Source: Ylistrum balloti (taxonomy: Eukaryota). Taken from it: DNA of 62,940 nt. Shown here piece after piece: positions 10,107-19,561 of the stretch (the first letter of the stretch is position 1; every line of letters begins with the position of its first letter). The position numbers were made by a program, and so were the translations under genes. Below the pieces are notes generated by a model. That model made no database searches. It saw nothing but the letters and a program-made list of their open reading frames with translations, and had not been told where the DNA came from. Location: assembly GCF_031769215.1 (NCBI RefSeq), contig NW_026783079.1, positions 1-62,940 of the forward strand, given 5' to 3'.

Positions 10107-11399
10107 ATGTCTTTTTTTAAAGAACTTGTATTACATCCAAACCTATTGGCAGGCATTGATGCTATTGGGTATCGTGAACCAACACCAATCCAGCAAGAAA
10201 CTTTGCCAATTACGACCCAAGGGGGAGATGTTATTGGGCAAGCTCAGACTGGATCTGGTAAAACAGCTGCTTTTCTAATTGCGGCCCTGCAGCAAGTATT
10301 AGCCTATAAAAAACAGTCAACAATGAATTCTCAAGACCCTAGTGTCTTAATCATTGCACCGACAAGAGAGCTTGTCCAACAAATTTCTGAAAATGCTCAC
10401 GGTCTCGCTAAACGTTGTCAGCTAAAAGTGCATACTGTTTTAGGAGGTGTTGATTATCAGGCTCAGAAAGATGCTTTTCGTGATGGTGTTGACATTTTAA
10501 TCGGTACACCGGGTAGGTTAATCGATTATTACAAACAACGTGTTTATTCTTTAAAGCAACTCAAAATGTTGGTTATCGACGAGTGTGACCGTATGTTTGA
10601 TCTTGGTTTTATTGCTGATTTACGTTGGTTAATTCGTCGTATGCCTAAGATGACAGAACGGCAGAATCTCTTGTTTAGTGCAACGGTTGACTATCGTGTG
10701 AAGGAACTTGCCTGGGAGTACATGAATGATCCACCAGTTGTGGCCGTCGACCATAATCACACACCACCACAGCAAATTAAACAATATATTTATCATGTAG
10801 CCTTAGATGAGAAAATAGCTTTACTTATAGGGCAACTAAAAAAATGGTCATTGTCCAAAGAACCTATGCGTGCCATTGTTTTTACTAACAGACGTCAGGC
10901 TTGTTTACGTATTTCGGATTATTTAACGGCGAATGGTTTGGAGGCTTTGGCGCTATCTGGAGCCTTAAATCAAAAGCAACGATTTCGAGCACTAGAAGCA
11001 TTTAAACAGGCTGAATCGACTATTATTGTGGCTACTGATGTTGCTAGTCGCGGTTTACATATTGACAACATTACGCATGTGATTAATTGGGATGTTCCAG
11101 CTAATGCAAAAGACTATATTCACCGTATTGGTCGTACCGCACGTGCTGGTGCTCAGGGATTAGCTATTACATTGGCGAGTGAAGATACGGTCGAAAATTT
11201 ACCAAATGTCGAAGAAGTTTTGGGTTGTAAAATAGATGTTCTTTGGGCTGCTGATGATGATTTTGTTCCTAATGTTAGACGGCCTCCTCAGAAAACTGAA
11301 GCATCTACTTTAGCTAGACGGTCAAGATCAAAACAGCAATATGGTAAAAAATCAAGAGGCCGACATCCATCTAAAAAAAATAATGATCGAAAGCGTTGA
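10107..11399 (+). CDS. rhlB: DEAD-box RNA helicase, RhlB-like
   Basis: Q motif, AQTGSGKT, PTREL, DECD, SAT, HRIGRTAR. The RMFDLGFIADLRWLIRRMP segment is RhlB-like. Confidence 0.75.
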   Translation: MSFFKELVLHPNLLAGIDAIGYREPTPIQQETLPITTQGGDVIGQAQTGSGKTAAFLIAALQQVLAYKKQSTMNSQDPSVLIIAPTRELVQQISENAHGLAKRCQLKVHTVLGGVDYQAQKDAFRDGVDILIGTPGRLIDYYKQRVYSLKQLKMLVIDECDRMFDLGFIADLRWLIRRMPKMTERQNLLFSATVDYRVKELAWEYMNDPPVVAVDHNHTPPQQIKQYIYHVALDEKIALLIGQLKKWSLSKEPMRAIVFTNRRQACLRISDYLTANGLEALALSGALNQKQRFRALEAFKQAESTIIVATDVASRGLHIDNITHVINWDVPANAKDYIHRIGRTARAGAQGLAITLASEDTVENLPNVEEVLGCKIDVLWAADDDFVPNVRRPPQKTEASTLARRSRSKQQYGKKSRGRHPSKKNNDRKR

Positions 11400-11518
11400 A
11401 AAAAGAGAATCGTATAAGATTTATATATCAATATTGGTTAATATATGAAGTAATGTAGACTATTCTGTTTAAAAGATGTAAAATAATCAACCTATCTATA
11501 TAAATTAAGTCAAGTTCA

Positions 11519-11568
11519 CCCTGCTTGCTCCTATTTGATATTAGGGGCTAGATATTCCACAAGGAGGG
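11519..11568 (+). promoter_or_regulatory. S6:S18 ribosomal-protein autoregulatory leader (rpsF 5' UTR)
   Basis: CCCUGCUU (11519-26) pairs 7/8 with the SD-containing AAGGAGGG (11561-68). Inner hairpin GCUCCUA/UAGGGGC (11527-33/11542-48). CCA lies just before the SD strand. Confidence 0.72.
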
Positions 11569-11574
11569 ATCATT

Positions 11575-12045
11575 ATGCGTAAATACGAAACAATTTTGTT
11601 GCTAGACGACGCGCTTAGTCAGGCAGATATCGATACATTTATTGATGAGCTTAAAGGGTTTGTTAATAAACATGGGGCTCAATCTAGTGAATCTCAGCCC
11701 TGGGGCCGTAAAAAACTTGCTTATGAAATTAAGAAAAAGCAGTATGCCCATTATGTTTTCTTTCGGTTTACTTCACCTGGGCAAACACCTCATGAATTAG
11801 AGCAGCTTTTGCGTATTGAGAAACGTGTTTTACGCTTCCAGACATACCTAGATAGTGGTGAGATTGAAGAAGAAGCTGTTCATTTTAAAAACTATCAAAA
11901 ATTAGCTACTTATCTGACGGCACGTGGGAAGATCCGTCCCTGCCGGACGACACGGTTTAATGCGGCGCAGCAACGTTTACTTTCTCAACAAATAAAACGT
12001 GCACGAGTATTAGGTCTTTTACCATTTACAACCGTTGGTGTTTAA
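11575..12045 (+). CDS. rpsF-rpsR: Fused 30S ribosomal proteins bS6-bS18
   Basis: aa1-93 are S6 (MRKYET, WGRKKLAYEIKK, HYV, LRIEKRVLRF). aa102-152 are the S18 core (HFKNYQKL..YLTARGKI.P.R.T....QQR.L...IKRARVLGLLPF). One reading frame, with no internal stop or ATG. Confidence 0.9.
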   Translation: MRKYETILLLDDALSQADIDTFIDELKGFVNKHGAQSSESQPWGRKKLAYEIKKKQYAHYVFFRFTSPGQTPHELEQLLRIEKRVLRFQTYLDSGEIEEEAVHFKNYQKLATYLTARGKIRPCRTTRFNAAQQRLLSQQIKRARVLGLLPFTTVGV

Positions 12046-12059
12046 GAAAGGGGCGTGTC

Positions 12060-12632
12060 ATGAAAGTACTTCTTATCGAATCCATAGAACATCTAGGTTT
12101 ACCTGGAGATATCGTTGATGTTAAACCAGGTTATGCTCGTAATTATTTATTACCGCACCGAAAGGCATTAAAAGCTACAGAGCATAATGTTGTAGAACTT
12201 GAGCATAAGCGACGCATTGCAAATAATCGAAGAAAGCAACTACTTAATGATCTTCGTGTTCGTTGTGAGACTCTAACCTCAGTTACCGTTTCGTTTGTAG
12301 AGCGTGTTACTGATCAAGGTAAACTGTATGGTTCTGTTACATCTCGTCGTATTGCTGATCAATTAAGTAATCAATATGGAGATGTTCCTGTTTCCTGGGT
12401 TAAGCTTGAAGAGACCATTAAGACGCCTGGTAGTTATGTTGTTGAACTTCATTTAGCTCCAGAATTGATAACATCTATTACAGTTGAGGTCATTGCAGAA
12501 GACGAGCCGACATTAGCTCCAACTGAAATATCTGACTCTTCAGCTGATTTAGATGAACAACCTACAGATTCAGTTGATACATTGAATTCTGCTGAATCTG
12601 AAATAGCATCACTTGAATCGGAAGCTGAATAA
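12060..12632 (+). CDS. rplI: 50S ribosomal protein bL9 with acidic C-terminal tail
   Basis: MKVLLIE..LG..GDIVDVKPGYARNYLLP and GKLYGSVT. Follows rpsF-rpsR. Confidence 0.96.
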   Translation: MKVLLIESIEHLGLPGDIVDVKPGYARNYLLPHRKALKATEHNVVELEHKRRIANNRRKQLLNDLRVRCETLTSVTVSFVERVTDQGKLYGSVTSRRIADQLSNQYGDVPVSWVKLEETIKTPGSYVVELHLAPELITSITVEVIAEDEPTLAPTEISDSSADLDEQPTDSVDTLNSAESEIASLESEAE

Positions 12633-12658
12633 GTAACTCTAGTTAGTAGGCAACATCT

Positions 12659-14504
12659 ATGTGTGGAATCGTTGGATATATTGGTACCCAATGTGCTACA
12701 GATATCCTTATAGATGGTTTAAAGAAGTTAGAGTATCGTGGTTATGATTCTGCAGGCATAGCTCTTCAAGAGTCTAAAACCCTTTCTATTTTTCGATGTA
12801 AAGGAAAAGTTCAAAATTTAGTACAGGAATTACCGGAGCCCAAACCCTCAGCGACTTCTGGTATTGGGCACACGCGTTGGGCGAACTCATGGTCGACCTA
12901 GTACAAAGAATGCCCATCCCCATCGTGTTAGAGATACTGTTGTTGTACATAATGGTATTATTGAAAACCATTTATCTTTACGTGAATCATTAGAATCAAT
13001 GTGTAGTCAGTTTCAGTCAGAAACTGATACCGAAATCTTTGCTCATCTCATTCAAAATGCTCTAGATAAAGCTACAGTTAATTCTGAGTGTGATTTTATT
13101 GCTGTTGTGCAAGAAGCTCTTCTACCTATTGAAGGTAATTATGCGTTAGGTATTCTCAATGTACAATACCCTGACCAGCTTCTGTTTATTCGTCAAGGTA
13201 GTCCTCTTATTATTGGTCTAGGAGATGATGCTTGTTTTGCTGCATCAGATATACCTGCAATTCTGAGTTATACACGCAGAATGCTAGTCCTTGAGGACGG
13301 TGATATTGCTCAATTAACTCGGAAAGGCGTTCTAGTCTATAATTCAAACGGTGACGAAGTTCAGCGTCCAATTAGTACTATTTCTTGGGATCCCATTCGG
13401 GCAGAGAAGGGGGGGTATCCTCACTTTATGCTTAAAGAGATTCATGAACAGCCCCGGGCTATTTCAGATACGCTTGCTGGTCGTCTTAGCTCAGAGCAGG
13501 GTCGTGTTTATTTTGAAACAGCATTTGTTCCAGACGATATCATCCTTAATATTGATCGAGTTTTGATTATTGCTTGTGGGACAAGTTTTCATGCTGGTCT
13601 GACATCTTGCTATGATTATGAACGTATTCTTGGTATTCCTACTTCTGCAGAGTTTGCCAGTGAATTTAGGTACCGTAATCCTATATTGAATGATAAAACA
13701 CTTGTTATTGCTATATCTCAAAGCGGAGAAACAGCTGATACACTGGCTGCTGTTGACCTTGCAAAACAGAAAGGCGCGACAGTTTTATCTGTATGTAATA
13801 TGATTGAATCAACTATTGTTCGTGCTAGTGATTATGTCATTTATACACATGCAGGACCAGAGATTAGTGTGGCTAGTACTAAAGCTTTTGTCACACAGTT
13901 AGTAAGCTTACAATTGATTCTGCTTTATATAGGAAAAAATCGTGGTATTCTTCGCAAAAAAGAATTACAGACGTTGACTCAAGATTTACTTCACCTTCCT
14001 ACGGTTGCCTCAAATTTATTGTCCTCTGAGCAGCAGATACAGCATATTGCTCGTAGGTATGCCTATGCTCAAAATATGCTATATCTCGGACGAGATATTC
14101 ATTATCCACTTGCTATGGAAGGTGCTCTGAAACTAAAAGAAATTAGTTATATTCATGCAGAGGCTTACCCTGCAGGTGAAATGAAGCATGGTCCAATTGC
14201 GCTTATAGATAAAGATGTACCTGTCTTTTTTATTATTCATGCTAGCTCTGTACGTGAAAAAGTTATCGCTAACATGGAGGAAATTAAAGCAAGAGATGGC
14301 AAAATTATTGCTTTAACTTTACCGCAAGATGAGGAGGTAAAAAGGGTTGCCGATCATGTAATAGAAGTCCCCAGTATAAGTCCCCATGTAGACTCTATTT
14401 TACTGTCTATACCATTACAGTTATTTGCTTATTATGTTGCTGTTCACCGAGGAACTGATGTGGATCAACCACGTAACCTTGCTAAGAGTGTTACGGTGGA
14501 ATAA
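12659..14504 (+). pseudogene. glmS: Glutamine-fructose-6-phosphate aminotransferase, split by a +1 frameshift at 12884-12885 (probably sequence error)
   Basis: MCGIVG, LEYRGYDSAG, GHTRWA then a shift to THGRPS..NAHPH, ending PRNLAKSVTVE. The span is 1846 nt = 3n+1. Confidence 0.92.
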
Positions 14505-14579
14505 ACGTTTTGCTTGTCTAAGTTAATCTTCTTCTAGTTTGCTCTTTTAAGTTTTAAAGCAAGGAAATTTATTTGGCAA

Positions 14580-16625
14580 ATGGCCTTAATATATCGTCCC
14601 GAAATTGATGGTTTACGCACAATAGCTGTAATGGCAGTTGTGCTATACCATGCGGAATTTGTTTGGCAAGGGGCCAACTTATTCAAGGGTGGGTTTATAG
14701 GTGTTGATATTTTTTTTGTGATTTCTGGATACTTGATTACCTCGATGATTCTTCAGGGTCTGAAAAGCGGTAGTTTTAGCTTTGTCAGTTTTTACGAAAG
14801 ACGGGCAAGGCGTATCTTGCCTGCTTTATTTGTTGTGATGTTTTCCTCTGTCCCTTTTGCCTGTATGTATATGCATCCAAAAGCGATGAAGGAGTATGCT
14901 GCTTCCGTTTTGTCCTCTTTGGTCTTTGGGTCAAATATTTGGTTTTGGCACGAAGATAGTTACACCGCAGAGCCTAGCCGCTTGAAACCATTTTTACACA
15001 CCTGGTCATTGTCACTTGAAGAACAATTCTATATATTATTTCCTATTTTTCTTGTCATTCTTTGGAAATTTGCAAAAAAATACCTGATCAGTATTTTTAT
15101 CCTGATATTTTTTTTATCGCTACAGCTGGCACATATTGGAAGTGCCAACTATATTGACGCTAGTTTTTACCTTCTTCCGACAAGAATTTGGGAACTACTT
15201 GCTGGGTCAATTTTGGCAAAATTAGAGATAGATAGAGGTCGTATTCGTCATCACTTTCTAGATACCGTTATGCCTGTATTGGGCCTGCTACTGATTTTGA
15301 GTACAGTTATATTCTTTAATGATCAGATGCAACATCCGTCTTACATCTCTTTATTGCCTGTTCTCGGAACGATGCTGCTTATTTGGTTCGGTAAAAAAGG
15401 GGAAATTGTCTCTGATATTTTAGCTAGTAAACCATTTGTTGCCATTGGATTAATATCCTACAGCTTTTATTTGTGGCATTTTCCTATTTTTGCTTTTTCG
15501 AGGATTAAAGACTTTATTCCTTCTGCAGCGGATAAGTTTTTATGTATCCTACTTGCCTTAAGTTTATCTACTTTTACTTATTTTTTAATTGAGAGACCAG
15601 CTCGTACTAAAACCAGACTTCATTTGAAGTATCGTTTACTTTTTATTGCCTTTTTAACACTTGTTACGATAAACGTACATTTTATCTGGTCAGAAGGGGC
15701 AAGTTATCGGTTTGATGATATTTTGTCAAAGATATTTTCAGAAATAGCTACAGAGCCTGTTGCTCAAAATGGTTATCTTTGCCATCATCGATCATTTTCT
15801 GATACCTGCGAATTCTTAGTTAAAGATGCAGCTTATACTGTTATTAATGTTGGAGATAGTCATGCAAATGTTTTAGGTGCAAGCATCAAAAAGTGGGCTA
15901 TGAAAAATGACTATTCTTATGTCCATATGACGAGAACGTCTTGTCCTTTTGTTTTGGGAGCGTACCGTTTTGATAACAAGAGAGTCGTTCATGGTTGCGA
16001 TGCACAAAGTCAACAGAGATGGTTAGAGAAAATCAATTCATACCCAAACCGAATTGTTATTTATTCTGCACGATTACCACTTTATATGTCAGGTAAAGGG
16101 TTTGATAATCGACTTGGTGGAGTAGAGGTAGATAATTTGGCAGAATCTTTGAGCATTAGTGCAACGTCAGACCCTGAACATACGATAGATATCTCACCTT
16201 TGGTACAGCATACAATTGAAATGATATCTGATACGTCAGAAAAAGTTGTTCTCATTTACCCCGTTCCTGAAGTTGGTTGGAATGTATCGCAGATTATTAT
16301 GGATACACTTAATGATATTCCAGCCAAAGAGCAATATATGCAATTTGTTGAATTTGAACTTAATACTTTGTTTAGTGTTTATAAAGAAAGAACTAAAAAA
16401 ACATATAAAATATTTGATTCTGTAAACTCACCAAATATTATTAGAATCTATCCCGCTAACCTATTCTGTAATTTAGAAACGAATCAATGTATAACAAAAA
16501 ATAAAAAGCAGGTATTCTATAGCGATGATGATCATGTATCCTCAGCTGGGGCGAATTTAATCGTAGAACAAATTACGCAGCAATTAGATGCCTTTACTTC
16601 AGCAACTATGAATACAAAAAATTGA
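14580..16625 (+). CDS. Acyltransferase-3 (OafA/OatA-like) O-acetyltransferase with C-terminal SGNH domain
   Basis: YRPEIDGLR, GGFIGVDIFFVISGYLI, RRARRILPAL, HTWSLSLEEQFY. SGNH motifs GDSHA and DDDH. Confidence 0.9.
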   Translation: MALIYRPEIDGLRTIAVMAVVLYHAEFVWQGANLFKGGFIGVDIFFVISGYLITSMILQGLKSGSFSFVSFYERRARRILPALFVVMFSSVPFACMYMHPKAMKEYAASVLSSLVFGSNIWFWHEDSYTAEPSRLKPFLHTWSLSLEEQFYILFPIFLVILWKFAKKYLISIFILIFFLSLQLAHIGSANYIDASFYLLPTRIWELLAGSILAKLEIDRGRIRHHFLDTVMPVLGLLLILSTVIFFNDQMQHPSYISLLPVLGTMLLIWFGKKGEIVSDILASKPFVAIGLISYSFYLWHFPIFAFSRIKDFIPSAADKFLCILLALSLSTFTYFLIERPARTKTRLHLKYRLLFIAFLTLVTINVHFIWSEGASYRFDDILSKIFSEIATEPVAQNGYLCHHRSFSDTCEFLVKDAAYTVINVGDSHANVLGASIKKWAMKNDYSYVHMTRTSCPFVLGAYRFDNKRVVHGCDAQSQQRWLEKINSYPNRIVIYSARLPLYMSGKGFDNRLGGVEVDNLAESLSISATSDPEHTIDISPLVQHTIEMISDTSEKVVLIYPVPEVGWNVSQIIMDTLNDIPAKEQYMQFVEFELNTLFSVYKERTKKTYKIFDSVNSPNIIRIYPANLFCNLETNQCITKNKKQVFYSDDDHVSSAGANLIVEQITQQLDAFTSATMNTKN

Positions 16626-16725
16626 ATTAGCTACCTAAGACCGTGGCTAATGCCATCGTGATTTGAGTAACAGGGAAAAAGGTTAATAGGTCTTAAGATG
16701 TGTAAAATATACAGAATTTAGAAAT

Positions 16726-16753
16726 CGTTTGTTGTGTGAATACACAACAAACG
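16726..16753. repeat. Perfect 12-bp inverted repeat (terminator or operator) between the acyltransferase and pcrA
   Basis: CGTTTGTTGTGT-GAAT-ACACAACAAACG followed by TTT. Confidence 0.6.
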
Positions 16754-16843
16754 TTTAGCATATTTCTGCGCAGAATGTATATATACTTTTGACTCTCCTG
16801 ATATTGTGTTTTTTAGCTGATCTTTATAAATTATGTAGGTTTT

Positions 16844-19009
16844 ATGTTTTCTGGTCTCAATCAACCTCAATTAGAAGCTGTTCAGCATACAGAAGGCCCT
16901 CTGTTAATTCTTGCTGGTGCTGGCAGTGGTAAAACACGTGTTTTAACACACCGTGCGGTTTATTTAATTGAGCAGGGTTTGGCTCGTCCTTCTGAAATTT
17001 TATGTATTACCTTTACGAATAAAGCCTGCCGGGAGATGGCTGACAGAATTAAAAAAATTAGAGGTTCTGGTGCTATTGATGTAAACGTACGTACGTTTCA
17101 TAGCTTCGGACTAGAGCTTATCCGTCGTAATGAAATATCAGTACCTGTCGATCGTTTTGCCTTGATTTATGATGATTCAGATCAACGACAACTGATGCGC
17201 GATGTAATGTCAACGCTCAAGGTTGATACGGAGCGTGTAACACCACGTAAAGTTTTAGGTTTAATTGAGTCATTTAAACGTCGTGCATTATTGGCTGAAG
17301 ACTTAGATACTGCAATGATTCCAATGACAGATTTTAATGTTGTCGAGTTATATGATGCTTACCAGAAGGCTTTAATCGCTGCGAATGCGCTTGATTTTGG
17401 AGATCTCTTACTATACCCCGTTCGAGCTTTAAAAAAATCCCCGATTGAACAGGAGCGATTACAAAAGCGATTTCGTTTTATTATGGTTGATGAATTTCAA
17501 GATACCAATCATATTCAATACGAGCTGATGCGTTTACTTGTCGATGACGTAGGTAATTTGGCTGTGGTCGGTGATGATGACCAGTCGATTTATGCCTGGC
17601 GTGGTGCTGATATCTCAAATATCCTTAACTTTGAACAAGATTATGCTTCAGCACGTGTGATTAAGCTGGAGCAAAATTATCGAAGTACAGAAGTTATCTT
17701 AAATGCTGCTTGGGAGGTTGTACGTCATAATATTCAACGTAAATCAAAGCGCCTTTGGACAGATAAGAAAGGGGGAGCTCTTATAAAACGTGCTGTTTTG
17801 AGTGATGAGCGTGAAGAAGGTAACTTTGTCGCTCAGCAAGTCAAAGTAAAGCTTACAGCAGGCGCCAAACCTTCAGAGATCGCTGTCTTTTATCGTACGA
17901 ATGCACAGAGTAGACCAATTGAAGAAGCGCTTAGGCAATTAGCCATTCCGTATCGTATTGTAGGCGCAACAGGATTTTATGCTCGTAAAGAAGTTAAAGA
18001 TGTGCTTGCTTATTTACGCCTAATACATAACGCTGCAGATGTTGTGGCATTTTCTCGTATTGTTAATGTTCCGCGCCGTGGTATTGGTAAAACAAGTCTA
18101 CAACGTGTTGTTGATGTTGCGTTAGAGGAAGGAGTAGATATACTCCAAGCTATAGACTTAGCCTGTGATACACGTATTTCTGGTAAGCCTGCTGCTAGTT
18201 TAAAGCGTTTCAAAGAATTTATTTTTTCATTTAAGAGGCGTGTTGAGCAAGACTCGATTACAAATCTGACAGCAGAGTTAATTCGTGTCTTAGATTTACG
18301 ACAAGCTTATTTACATGAAGGCGAGGAAATTGCGAGAGATCGTCGAGAAAACATTGATCAATTACTTGTATCAATGCAAGATTTTGAACAAGATACTAGT
18401 GATCCTAGTCTGGCAAATTATTTAGATCTTGTTTCTTTAGTCCAAGATGTAGACCAGGCTGAAGAATCAAGTGTACAATTGATGACTTTACATAGTGCAA
18501 AAGGGCTAGAGTTTGACATTGTACTTATGTGCGGATTGGAGTATGGCCTTTTACCCCATACGCGTTCAATTGATGAAGGATCTGAGGAAGAAGAGAGGCG
18601 TCTGTGTTATGTTGGAATGACAAGAGCGCGTCAAGAATTGTTTCTGACCCGTGCACGTACACGTCGTACCTTTGGCGCCAAATTAAGCCAACAAGCAAGT
18701 CCTTTTTTAACAGATATTCCGGCGGAGCTAACTCAGTCAATATCACCTCAAAGTAATCCAGAGCGTTTTCCTTACTCCGCACCAATGCGTTCTGTAAAGC
18801 GGCCAGATAATCGTTCTGCTGCTGTGGTAGCAGATGATATTCCTACACAATTTCAGCCAGGTGCTAGTGTAGTGCATCCTATTTTTGGTATTGGGCGTAT
18901 TGAATCTGCCCAAAAAGGTCCAAGAGGGCTAAAGCTTAAAATCTGCTTTACTGCAGGAACAAAGACAATTTTACCTAGTTATGTTGAGCTAAAGCCCGTA
19001 TCTAATTAG
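16844..19009 (+). CDS. pcrA: ATP-dependent DNA helicase PcrA/UvrD
   Basis: LAGAGSGKT, TFTNKA, DEFQDTN, VGDDDQSIY, LEQNYRS, TLHSAKGLEF, EERRLCYVGMTRA. Confidence 0.93.
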   Translation: MFSGLNQPQLEAVQHTEGPLLILAGAGSGKTRVLTHRAVYLIEQGLARPSEILCITFTNKACREMADRIKKIRGSGAIDVNVRTFHSFGLELIRRNEISVPVDRFALIYDDSDQRQLMRDVMSTLKVDTERVTPRKVLGLIESFKRRALLAEDLDTAMIPMTDFNVVELYDAYQKALIAANALDFGDLLLYPVRALKKSPIEQERLQKRFRFIMVDEFQDTNHIQYELMRLLVDDVGNLAVVGDDDQSIYAWRGADISNILNFEQDYASARVIKLEQNYRSTEVILNAAWEVVRHNIQRKSKRLWTDKKGGALIKRAVLSDEREEGNFVAQQVKVKLTAGAKPSEIAVFYRTNAQSRPIEEALRQLAIPYRIVGATGFYARKEVKDVLAYLRLIHNAADVVAFSRIVNVPRRGIGKTSLQRVVDVALEEGVDILQAIDLACDTRISGKPAASLKRFKEFIFSFKRRVEQDSITNLTAELIRVLDLRQAYLHEGEEIARDRRENIDQLLVSMQDFEQDTSDPSLANYLDLVSLVQDVDQAEESSVQLMTLHSAKGLEFDIVLMCGLEYGLLPHTRSIDEGSEEEERRLCYVGMTRARQELFLTRARTRRTFGAKLSQQASPFLTDIPAELTQSISPQSNPERFPYSAPMRSVKRPDNRSAAVVADDIPTQFQPGASVVHPIFGIGRIESAQKGPRGLKLKICFTAGTKTILPSYVELKPVSN

Positions 19010-19096
19010 ACTGTTAAGTTAGCGTATAAACAGTATCGTTTGAGTCGCAGATTATAGTATTTTTGGTAACATCGTCTACAATTTTTCACCTTATGT

Positions 19097-19501
19097 TTGG
19101 CTAACCTCATTGTCAGTCTTATCTTTTTACGCTTTTCTTCGATATGTTATCAGTATCTTAAAAAGGATTTTTTAGATATTTCAAGTGTTTTATTATTGGT
19201 AATACAACTGCCAGCTATGTGGTTTTTTGGGGCGATAGTAGCTATGTTCATGGTGCCTTCTATCCTGATATTTTTATTTCAGGCTTTATTTTCAGCTGAA
19301 CCTCAAGAGTTTGTACTTATAGTGATTTATGCGTTAGGTCTTTTTTTGTGTTTGTTTCTTCTCTATATTATTATTACAGTTCCCCAAAAGAAACCAGTTC
19401 CTGTTTGGTGGCAGCGTTATAAGATGTGGCTTGTTTTTTTTACAACGCTTTGCTGGAATTGTATTTTTCTACTGTGCTTCTTTGCTTCTATGTCTGTATA
19501 G
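19097..19501 (+). CDS. Hypothetical membrane protein (about 4 TM)
   Basis: 134-aa, highly hydrophobic ORF filling an intergenic gap. No family recognised. Confidence 0.45.
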   Translation: MANLIVSLIFLRFSSICYQYLKKDFLDISSVLLLVIQLPAMWFFGAIVAMFMVPSILIFLFQALFSAEPQEFVLIVIYALGLFLCLFLLYIIITVPQKKPVPVWWQRYKMWLVFFTTLCWNCIFLLCFFASMSV

Positions 19502-19561
19502 TCAAGGCGGATATCGTATTTTTCAATCTTATCAAAGAAGGTCTTTAGTACTTTTTTGTTA

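Noticed and set aside
12633-12658. glmS ribozyme
   Set aside because: Only 26 bp separate rplI and glmS, which leaves no room.
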